DNA of 17,387 nucleotides from Deltaproteobacteria bacterium TL4 (GTDB lineage Bacteria; SAR324; NAC60-12): positions 1 to 17,387 of the forward strand of contig JBBCAX010000438.1 in the NCBI GenBank assembly GCA_051382335.1, in the 5' to 3' direction. The notes under the pieces were generated by a model. That model saw nothing but the letters and a program-made list of their open reading frames with translations, searched no databases and was not told the origin of the DNA. Each line of letters starts with the position of its first letter. Within the stretch, counting starts at the first letter, position 1. Made by a program: the position numbers and the translations under genes. Below are positions 1-7,332 of this stretch, in pieces.

Positions 1-14
1 GAAGTTGAGCATAA

Positions 15-102
15 GTAGGGTGCCGCTTAAGCGAAGCGAGCGCACCAAAATAAGGGAACAGCAAGCTTTCTGGTGCGCTCGCTTCGCTTAAGCGCACCCT
101 AC
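15..102. repeat. GTAG-type REP-like inverted pair (REPIN-like)
   Basis: 15-47 GTAGGGTGCCGCTTAAGCGAAGCGAGCGCACCA matches the reverse complement of 71-102 (GTAGGGTGCGCTTAAGCGAAGCGAGCGCACCA) except for one extra C. Spacer is 23 nt. Each arm is GTAG plus an internal palindrome (GGTGCGCT...AGCGCACC). Confidence 0.85.
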
Positions 103-108
103 CACCCA

Positions 109-127
109 TTCTCGGACAGCCTCCTAG
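109..127. mobile_element. Possible right terminus of a MITE/IS (IS5/IS1182-like end followed by CTAG)
   Basis: TTCTCGGACAGCCTC-CTAG (reverse complement CTAG-GAGGCTGTCCGAGAA) resembles GAGGCTGT-type IS ends with CTAG targets. The partner end is not visible in the window. Confidence 0.35.
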
Positions 128-189
128 TGCTGACCTTGTTGGGTGAAGGGGAAGGCCAGATCAACCAAAGGCGTTAATGCGAGCCACGG

Positions 190-356
190 TTGGACCAGGC
201 GGAGTCAAAAAGTGATTGGCAACAATTACATGAAAAAATTGAGCAATTAGAGTTACTCTTGATGGTCAATCGAATGGAAAAATCGATGGAAAGTAACGCA
301 AAGAAATATACACTGAACAAGTAGACGCCATGCTCAAGGAGGTACTAGGTGGCTGA
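190..356 (+). pseudogene. Antitoxin-like ORF remnant, apparently frameshifted
   Basis: One frame reads LDQAESKSDWQQLHEKIEQLELLLMVNRMEKSMESNAKKYTLNK* (TAG 322-324). A second frame continues EIYTEQVDAMLKEVLGG* and its end overlaps the GTG start of the next ORF. The helical, charged sequence and its position upstream of a toxin-like gene fit an antitoxin. Confidence 0.35.
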
Positions 357-579
357 TTGGCAAGAGGCTGCGATTCGCTCTCTCCTGGAGATCGCAAAGA
401 ATAATACGCACTTGGCTCATTTCATTCGAATAGCTATTGAGTCTATTGAACAAAATCCTCAGGTGGGACAACAAATCTCTAATAATTTGTGGGTTTACAC
501 TCAAACAAAACAGCGGTTTCAAATAGGATATCATTATGCTGGCGTAAATATTACCCTCATTGAAATCGGCTGGTTCTAG
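349..579 (+). CDS. Small protein, RelE/ParE-superfamily toxin-like
   Basis: 76 aa, GTG start with a strong RBS (AAGGAGGT, 336-343). Pattern 'W.EAA.RSL..I...IESIEQNPQVG......RFQIGYHY....ITLIEIG' resembles the RelE/ParE fold signature. Confidence 0.55.
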   Translation: MADWQEAAIRSLLEIAKNNTHLAHFIRIAIESIEQNPQVGQQISNNLWVYTQTKQRFQIGYHYAGVNITLIEIGWF

Positions 580-632
580 GACTAAAGCATCTGGAAAAGA
601 ATAAAGTACCACCCTGAATGGGGATAGCTAAT

Positions 633-696
633 GGTAGCACGGGGTTTCGGCCCCGTGACCAAAATCTCAACGGCTGGGGCGAAACCCAGCCCTACC
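633..696. repeat. Second GTAG-type REP-like inverted pair; may also act as a terminator between convergent genes
   Basis: Left arm is GGTAG-CACGGGG-TTTCGG-CCCCGTG. Right arm reverse complement is GGTAG-GGCTGGG-TTTCGC-CCCAGCC. Both are GTAG plus a perfect 7-bp hairpin with near-identical loops but different stems. Confidence 0.7.
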
Positions 697-797
697 GTTT
701 TCTTTGGTACATTATTTGTTGCGCAATGTCTAATACGAGGGTTAGTTCTTGAAAAATAAATTAGAACTGGAATTTTTTTGTGTCTGTCCTTTTTCTT

Positions 798-2225
798 CTA
801 AGCCTTTTCTGTAGTGAACTCACATTCCTGAGCCAGTAATTGCTGGATTAAAGAATCGTCAATTTCGACATAAAGGCTTTTACTTTGACTGAACGTCACT
901 TGTCCAGGCTCTCCTCCCTTGATTTTTCGTACATATTTTCTTTGGGTATAATCAACATCCAGTTTCCTGTTGGGGCGACCTTTACTGTAATACGCCGCAA
1001 GTTGAGCCGCTTCCCATAAGGTCTTGGGAGGTAACGAGGGGTGGGAACATTTCACAATGACATGAGAACCCGCAACCCCCTGAGCATGAAACCACCAGTC
1101 ATTTCCGCCTGCAAGAGAAAATGTCACTTTATGATTTTGTTCTTTATTTCTTCCTACAACGATCAAAAAACCATCTGAACTCTTCCGCATGAAGGGCGTG
1201 GCGCTGGGGGAGCTTAAACTTTGAGCGCTCTGTTCGGGCAGAATCAGAAACCGTGGTAGTTTGGCTTGCCACGTTTGAAAATCACGAAGCGAAGTTAAAG
1301 TCTCAAGCAGGGTTAATTGCGCCTCAACTTGTTCTAGTTCAAGCATCGTTTGGAGAATTCGTTTTTCAACATGCGGAACCGCTTTCTTGTATTTATTGGC
1401 TTTATGGAAGTAATATTCCAAGTTTTCACGAGGTTGGAGCTGTTGTTGCAATGGGATGGTTATGGAGGATAAGTCTTGATGGAAATAGTTCACCAGCGTG
1501 ATTTCGGTTTGTCCATATTGGATTTGAGCGAATTGAGGTTTAAGCAACTCCCCCCATTGTTGATACATTTCCGCGTTTTCACAGTGCGTTAGATCCTGTT
1601 CTTGTTTGCTTAAACGTTTGGAACATTTTTTTTGTAAGGCGTTTAAATGCTTTTGATAGAGCTGCCGCTGTTGCTCAAAAACGAGCTGATCCTCCAGTTT
1701 CCAGTAGTGCGCGTCTATCATTCTTTCATCATCAGTCTCGGAGAAAGGAGTTGGGAGCTTATGCCAATAGCTCGGAAGAATATACGTCTTTCCTTGAGAT
1801 AAGGAGCGTCCTGATTGATTTGGGTTGAAAAGCGCCATTTGTAATTCATGGTTTTCATTCAGGAGAAGGAGATTGCTGTGTTTTCCATTTCCTTCCCAGA
1901 TTAAATAAAAGGTGTCTATACCCCGTTTTAATTGAAATTGGTAAATTTGAGGATGAGGAGATTCGATTTGAACAAAGGTTGCATGGAGTAGTCGGGATCG
2001 CAGCCAGACACAAAACAGCGGAGGTATTTTGGGGTTAGTAAAGGAACTCCAGGTTTCCAAGACACGAGGATAATGGGAATGCGCGGAAAACAGCCATTTT
2101 TGACGTTGAGGCGAAGAATAGGTCTCAAAAGTAAAAAAATGTGCGGAAGGTTGTTCGATTTTTTGAATCTGACTGCCAATTATTTTTTCAAAATGCACTT
2201 TTCCTTTAGTGAATCGATGGCTCAA
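798..2225 (-). CDS. NFACT family protein (RqcH/Rqc2/FbpA-like, with C-terminal NFACT-R/DUF814 domain)
   Basis: NFACT-N motif E..GKHSNLLLL, coiled coils with 'ENLEYYFHKANKYK', and NFACT-R motifs 'VGRNKEQN', 'DWWFHAQGVAGSHV', 'AAQLAAYYSK', 'VDYTQRKYVRK'. TTG start is uncertain. Confidence 0.9.
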   Translation of the reverse strand: MSHRFTKGKVHFEKIIGSQIQKIEQPSAHFFTFETYSSPQRQKWLFSAHSHYPRVLETWSSFTNPKIPPLFCVWLRSRLLHATFVQIESPHPQIYQFQLKRGIDTFYLIWEGNGKHSNLLLLNENHELQMALFNPNQSGRSLSQGKTYILPSYWHKLPTPFSETDDERMIDAHYWKLEDQLVFEQQRQLYQKHLNALQKKCSKRLSKQEQDLTHCENAEMYQQWGELLKPQFAQIQYGQTEITLVNYFHQDLSSITIPLQQQLQPRENLEYYFHKANKYKKAVPHVEKRILQTMLELEQVEAQLTLLETLTSLRDFQTWQAKLPRFLILPEQSAQSLSSPSATPFMRKSSDGFLIVVGRNKEQNHKVTFSLAGGNDWWFHAQGVAGSHVIVKCSHPSLPPKTLWEAAQLAAYYSKGRPNRKLDVDYTQRKYVRKIKGGEPGQVTFSQSKSLYVEIDDSLIQQLLAQECEFTTEKA

Positions 2226-2277
2226 CTATGCAAATCCGTGAGCCATTTTTTAAATCCTTGACCCGTAGAATTGGTGC

Positions 2278-4188
2278 TTATTTTTTCTTGGCCTCTTTAC
2301 GTTTTCGGTTTCGTTTGACGAAGAAGACGATTCCAACAACGGCGATAATCAGAGGTATTGCCAGCATATTGATCGTCAAAAGTGTCGTTCCGAGCTGTTC
2401 AATATCTTGTCTCAAAATCTTACGGACTTCTCTGAGACGCTTTTTCGTATTTCGCTCCTCTGCACGGAATTGTTCAATTTCCCGTTGAAGTTCAGGTGTC
2501 AGGATGACTTTTCGTTGATTTCCTGTTTGTTTTTGCAAAGATTCTAATTTTTTCCGAACATCCTCCAATTTTTTCTGCAACAACGTTTCTTCTTCTTGAT
2601 ATCGGGTTTGTGCGTGTTGTTGCAACGCGATCAAGCGGGTAAAAGGACGCGAAAACCGTCCCCGTGAACGAATACTCATTAAAGCATCATCTCCTGACAG
2701 ATACTCCACCGCATTTTGCATCAAATTGAGATTATCATTCATGGGGGAGATCAAGACCTGCCCCAGAAAATTCATTTTTTGAACAGAAAACGAATCACTG
2801 ATGAAATCAACATCAGTAATGACCAAAACCGTGTTTTTAGCTTTCGCCTGATTCAGGTGCTCGTGCTTTAAAGGCGCAGGTTCTTCATTTTTTTGAGAGT
2901 CCTCTCCTTCTTTTGGCGGCTTGGGCGGTTGTCCTCCGGGGAAGGCCGATTTGAAGGTTCCTCGTACTATAGCCGCAATGGTTTTTGGTGTTTGATCTGC
3001 CTTTATTTGCTTTGCTATTTGGTCAGGCGGTGTGAAGCGGATCACAAAAGTATCAAGGAGACCACTGTCTGTTGAAGAACTCACAATCGGTGTGAATTCA
3101 ACCTCACTGCCGGCTGCTTTGCTCAAGCTACCCGCTTCTGGCATAAAGATGTTTTCCAATTGAGTGGTCAAGGGATGCTCTTGATTCAAGTCTTCTGACG
3201 AGAGTGTGATCCACAAAGGATATCGTACCACTCCGCCGGATCCAGCGTTGACGGAAGTTGCGTTCTTCAAATCTCCGATCAGTTTGGCTTTGTCATACTC
3301 GATACCCCATACTTGAAAAAGCTTTTTCAGGTCGCTGGATACCTCAGGCTGTCTGCCATATTGACTCATCGCCGCAGACATCTGCATGTCGACTCTGGAG
3401 TTAGGATCTACCAAAACAACCAGGTGTCCTCCTCTCAATACATATTGGTCAATCGCATACTCCAGGCGTTGATCAAAATTTTTGGGATGTAAAACAAGGA
3501 GCAAGGTAATATCATCAGGAATTTCTTCGGAAGTTATTGGCAGATTTTCAACACTAAAGTTTTTTTCCAACTCACTGATAAAAGACCATTTTGTGGAAGG
3601 GGTTTCGGGATCAGGAGGGTAATTGGAGGTTCCCATCACATCCAGTCCTGACAAAATTCCGATCTTTGTTGTTTTTGAGGAACTGACTTTCATCAAGACT
3701 CGTGAAATATCATATTCCAAAAATTCTTCTCGCCGAGGATCAAAAAAGGCGACACTTTCTTCACGGTCCAGCACAATGGAGACCATTCCAAAATAGACGG
3801 CACTTCCGCTGGGGAGCGGGACTTCATGGATACCATATTTTTTTGCCCACTCTTCTTCATCTGTGTCCGGCTTTGGGTCATAAACCTCAAGCGTGATCTT
3901 TCCCTTTGACAAGGCAACATATTCTCCCAATAATTCTTCAATACGCTGTGCATAGCTCTTGAAGTGAGTCGGGAGTTCCTCATTACTTTTGGAAAAGTAG
4001 AACTTCAGGGTCATGGGATCTTCCATCCCCGCAACAATTTTTTTCGTGCCTTCGGAAATGGTATAGAGCTGATCCTCTGTCACATCCCAACGCAGGGGTA
4101 AAAAATAGGCGATCAGATTAATCGCGATCAAACAAACAAACAGTAAAGCAATAGTTACACTAGAATAGGACAGATGTTGCCGATTCAT
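2278..4188 (-). CDS. GldG-family ABC transporter auxiliary component
   Basis: N-terminal TM helix, 'RWDVTEDQLYTIS..TK', 'EFLEYDISR', 'IDQYVLRGGHLVVLVDP', 'N.NLMQNAVEYLSGDDALMSIRSR', coiled coil and C-terminal TM helix. RBS GGAGG. Confidence 0.9.
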   Translation of the reverse strand: MNRQHLSYSSVTIALLFVCLIAINLIAYFLPLRWDVTEDQLYTISEGTKKIVAGMEDPMTLKFYFSKSNEELPTHFKSYAQRIEELLGEYVALSKGKITLEVYDPKPDTDEEEWAKKYGIHEVPLPSGSAVYFGMVSIVLDREESVAFFDPRREEFLEYDISRVLMKVSSSKTTKIGILSGLDVMGTSNYPPDPETPSTKWSFISELEKNFSVENLPITSEEIPDDITLLLVLHPKNFDQRLEYAIDQYVLRGGHLVVLVDPNSRVDMQMSAAMSQYGRQPEVSSDLKKLFQVWGIEYDKAKLIGDLKNATSVNAGSGGVVRYPLWITLSSEDLNQEHPLTTQLENIFMPEAGSLSKAAGSEVEFTPIVSSSTDSGLLDTFVIRFTPPDQIAKQIKADQTPKTIAAIVRGTFKSAFPGGQPPKPPKEGEDSQKNEEPAPLKHEHLNQAKAKNTVLVITDVDFISDSFSVQKMNFLGQVLISPMNDNLNLMQNAVEYLSGDDALMSIRSRGRFSRPFTRLIALQQHAQTRYQEEETLLQKKLEDVRKKLESLQKQTGNQRKVILTPELQREIEQFRAEERNTKKRLREVRKILRQDIEQLGTTLLTINMLAIPLIIAVVGIVFFVKRNRKRKEAKKK

Positions 4189-4200
4189 AAAAACCCTCCC

Positions 4201-4935
4201 TTAGAGTGATTCATGAGAATCTAATATGGCTACATTAGCCATCAACATAAAAACGATAATGGAAAGAAAATAAATTAAATCTCGTGAGTCCACGACACCA
4301 CGGCGAATGGCGTTGAAATGGGTGGTAAAACTAAACTGACTGATTAAATCCGATAACCAAATGGGAAACATTGAGTTCAGAATATCAGACATCACCCCCC
4401 ATCCTAACAAAACGAGGATCAGGCAAAGAACAACGCTTAAAATAAAGCTAATGACCTGATTTTTGGTCAAGGCGGAGGTACAGCTCGTAATGGCCAGGTA
4501 GGCTCCTGCCATCAAAAAACTTCCCAAATATCCCGCAATGATCGGACCGTTATCCGGTTCGCCCAAGTAGTTGACCGTGAGGGTCATCGGAAAAGTCAAT
4601 ACTAGCGAAAGTCCAATGAAAGCCCAGGCCGCTAAAAATTTTGCAAAAACTACCGTTATCATGGGTACAGGCATGGTCATCAGGAGTTCCACAGTTCCCG
4701 ATCGACGTTCCTCGGCCCATAAACGCATTCCAACCGCAGGAATCAGAAAGAGGTACAGCCAAGGATGAAACAGAAAGAAGGTTTCCAAGCTGGCCTGATT
4801 CGAACGATAAAAATTTCCCAGCAGAAAGGTACAGCCTGCACTTGACATTAAAAAAATGACAATAAATACATAAGCTACAGGAGAACGAAAATAGCTGAAT
4901 AACTCCCGCTTAAAGATTGGCAATAGTCCACTCAT
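4201..4935 (-). CDS. ABC-2 type permease (GldF-like)
   Basis: 'IFKRELFSYFRSPVAY', 'MRLWAEERRSGTVELLMTMP', 'NQVISF', 'RGVVDSRDLIYF'; about 6 TM helices. Confidence 0.92.
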   Translation of the reverse strand: MSGLLPIFKRELFSYFRSPVAYVFIVIFLMSSAGCTFLLGNFYRSNQASLETFFLFHPWLYLFLIPAVGMRLWAEERRSGTVELLMTMPVPMITVVFAKFLAAWAFIGLSLVLTFPMTLTVNYLGEPDNGPIIAGYLGSFLMAGAYLAITSCTSALTKNQVISFILSVVLCLILVLLGWGVMSDILNSMFPIWLSDLISQFSFTTHFNAIRRGVVDSRDLIYFLSIIVFMLMANVAILDSHESL

Positions 4936-4968
4936 GTTTTCCTTTGATGATGGCGGTAGGCTTCTTGC

Positions 4969-5913
4969 TCATTGAGCCGTTCCTAACGTTAACTTCCGAA
5001 ATACTTCATCCAAACGTCCGCGCTCCACAAAAAGTTGAGCCACAGAAAGTTTTTGGGTTCGAATATAGTCTTCAACTTGATGATGTATCGATTGTCCCGA
5101 TTTTGCGAAAATTTGCAAGGATACGTCTTCCTTGTTTTCCTCTTCCAAAACCGCAACGGACTCCACTCCTTCAACTTGTTTTAACCCAGCAAGTAACTGC
5201 TCTGTATTTCCCTGTATTACCGTAAGGCTGATCGCATTGTGATAACTGGAACGAGCCAATAAATTTTCAGGGGAACCATCGGCGACCAATTTCCCATTGG
5301 CAATGATCAAGGCCCGGGTACAAACGGTTTCGACTTCCTCAAGTATATGCGTCGATACCAAAATGGCACGTTGTTCACTCATTTGTTTGATCAACGTTCG
5401 AACTTCGTGTTTTTGGTTGGGATCCAAACCATCAGTGGGTTCGTCTAAAATAAGGACAGGGGGTTCATGCAGTAAGGCTTGAGCCAAACAGGTTCTTTGT
5501 CGATACCCTTTGGACAAGGTATCAATCATTTGATATCGCACATCTTGCAGTGCGGTAATCTCCAAAACATGGTCCACTCGCTTCTGCAATTCTTTCCCGG
5601 TATAGCCTCGAACTTCTCCCGCAAATTTCAAAAACTCTTCGACTAACATTTCTTGATAGGAGGGCGCACTCTCAGGCAAATAGCCAATGAGTTTCCGTAC
5701 CTCAAGAGGGGCTTTCAAAATGTCATGACCCCCAACAACCGCAGTCCCTGAAGTGGGCCTTAGAAAACAAGTCAGCATTTTCATGGTCGTCGATTTTCCA
5801 GCACCATTCGGACCTAAAAATCCCAACACTTCGCCTTTCTCCAAATTAAAGGAGACCTCATCCACTGCACGATATGCACCAAAATCTTTGCATAATGACT
5901 TGACCTGAATCAT
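4969..5913 (-). CDS. ABC transporter ATP-binding protein (GldA-like)
   Basis: Walker A GPNGAGKST, signature LSKGYRQR, Walker B LILDEP, H-loop STH. ATG at 5913 is preferred over TTG at 5919 because of spacing from the AGGAG RBS. Confidence 0.95.
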   Translation of the reverse strand: MIQVKSLCKDFGAYRAVDEVSFNLEKGEVLGFLGPNGAGKSTTMKMLTCFLRPTSGTAVVGGHDILKAPLEVRKLIGYLPESAPSYQEMLVEEFLKFAGEVRGYTGKELQKRVDHVLEITALQDVRYQMIDTLSKGYRQRTCLAQALLHEPPVLILDEPTDGLDPNQKHEVRTLIKQMSEQRAILVSTHILEEVETVCTRALIIANGKLVADGSPENLLARSSYHNAISLTVIQGNTEQLLAGLKQVEGVESVAVLEEENKEDVSLQIFAKSGQSIHHQVEDYIRTQKLSVAQLFVERGRLDEVFRKLTLGTAQ

Positions 5914-6265
5914 AATCAATTTCTCCTACAAAATGCAAAACAGTTCCTGACTGTACTTTCCTCCATGAATCGTATCCGGTTCCTCTGACTAAAATAGAGA
6001 GGAGACCTTACTTCTATGTTCCAAATCAAGGAGTTGTCAACGAATGATAACCAAGAAACTTTGGGAGGTCTTTAACAAAATCCATACGTTTCTTCAGAGT
6101 CAACGATGTCAAGACGCCTGTTTAAAACACAGGTCATTTGTTCAACTCTATACCGGAACGTCAGTAGCGATTTTTAGAGGATTTATTTTGAAGACTTCGA
6201 ATACACCATCAAAAACTCGATTACAAGTCTTTTCATCGGTTTCTTAGGCACAAGGCGGTATTCGG

Positions 6266-7324
6266 TTAAGTGTGTTGAGCTTTGAATTTGCCAGAACATA
6301 TTTGTTGAAAAAGATTTTGTAAAAGGCACCGTGCATCTTGGGAATGAAACTTCAGCGGAATGTCCAACCGTGCTAATTCCAAAAGGATGGCTTCAAGTTC
6401 ACCTAGGGAAAAATTTTTTGCTTGTGCGACCAAACGGCTTCCGAGAAATGGCGGCATCCCCAAGGTTCCCAGGATCTTATTTTCATTTGCGTTTTGCTGA
6501 AATAGATAATGAATCTTTAACAGTTTTTTGAATTGTTGCGCGATCAAAGTGAACAAGAGGATATGGGTGTTAGACGACTCCATAAGCACTTGATCCAGCG
6601 TTTCTAAAGCGGGTAGGATATTTTTTTGAGAGAGTGCCTGGGTGATCCGAAAAATGGTGGCATGTTTGTTTCCATGCACATGTTGAAGTAGCGCTTCATT
6701 GCTGAGGGACGAAGCTTGTGGGAACAGGAGCGATAGTTTTTCCAGTTCCTGGTTCAGGTCATTTAAATCATTCCCCACTAACTCTATCAGGAGTTGAGCG
6801 TTGGCTGAAGTTAACGCCATCCCTTTTTGACTGCTTCTTTCAAGGATCCATGCGATAGGGGAGTTATCCTCATAAACCACAAATTTGAGTACTTTCCCCT
6901 GGGTTTGTACGATTTTGAGTAAGTTTTTATTGATTTCCTGCTCTCGGGTGACCGAGCTCGTCATAATGATACTGCAATAGTCTGGCAGATTTTTGAGATA
7001 GTTGGATACAGTTTCCGCGAATTGTGCTCCAAGGGTGTTGTTTTCTCCTTTTTTCTTACTTACGGATCCTTTAAGACGGTCAACGTTGTCTAAGCGAATC
7101 AACTTCCGATCTGAAAGAAAAGGGGGCGTCTCACAAATCAATTTAAATTCTTCAACTCTTTCTACCGCTGAGCCTCCACCTTCTTTGAGTATTTCTGCAA
7201 CGTCAAACCGCTCAAAACTGAGTGAAGGATCTTGTCCTTCCAAAAATTTATCGACAATGACCTTCAGCGTTTCATTGAGTTTGAGTGATTCATTTCCGTA
7301 CAGTAAGTGAATACGTGGCAGCAT
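6266..7324 (-). CDS. holA: DNA polymerase III subunit delta
   Basis: 'IHLLYGNE', 'ETPPFLSDRKLI', 'LIELVGNDL..LNQELEKL.L', 'IFRITQAL', 'LGMPPF..(A)KNFS..EL'; 352 aa. Confidence 0.88.
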   Translation of the reverse strand: MLPRIHLLYGNESLKLNETLKVIVDKFLEGQDPSLSFERFDVAEILKEGGGSAVERVEEFKLICETPPFLSDRKLIRLDNVDRLKGSVSKKKGENNTLGAQFAETVSNYLKNLPDYCSIIMTSSVTREQEINKNLLKIVQTQGKVLKFVVYEDNSPIAWILERSSQKGMALTSANAQLLIELVGNDLNDLNQELEKLSLLFPQASSLSNEALLQHVHGNKHATIFRITQALSQKNILPALETLDQVLMESSNTHILLFTLIAQQFKKLLKIHYLFQQNANENKILGTLGMPPFLGSRLVAQAKNFSLGELEAILLELARLDIPLKFHSQDARCLLQNLFQQICSGKFKAQHT

Positions 7325-7332
7325 AGTTATAA

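Noticed and set aside
334..612. 92-aa minus-strand ORF
   Set aside because: Antisense to the RelE/ParE-like ORF, which has the strong RBS; no recognisable motif.
4952..4959. GGCGGTAG, ops-like element
   Set aside because: On the strand opposite to the operon's transcription and lacks the downstream TG of the ops consensus.
6044..6247. 67-aa plus-strand ORF, or an ncRNA in the holA-ABC intergenic region
   Set aside because: No recognisable motif or RNA family. Two minus-strand TTGACA hexamers (6035-6040, 6107-6112) suggest promoter DNA, but neither has a convincing -10 element.
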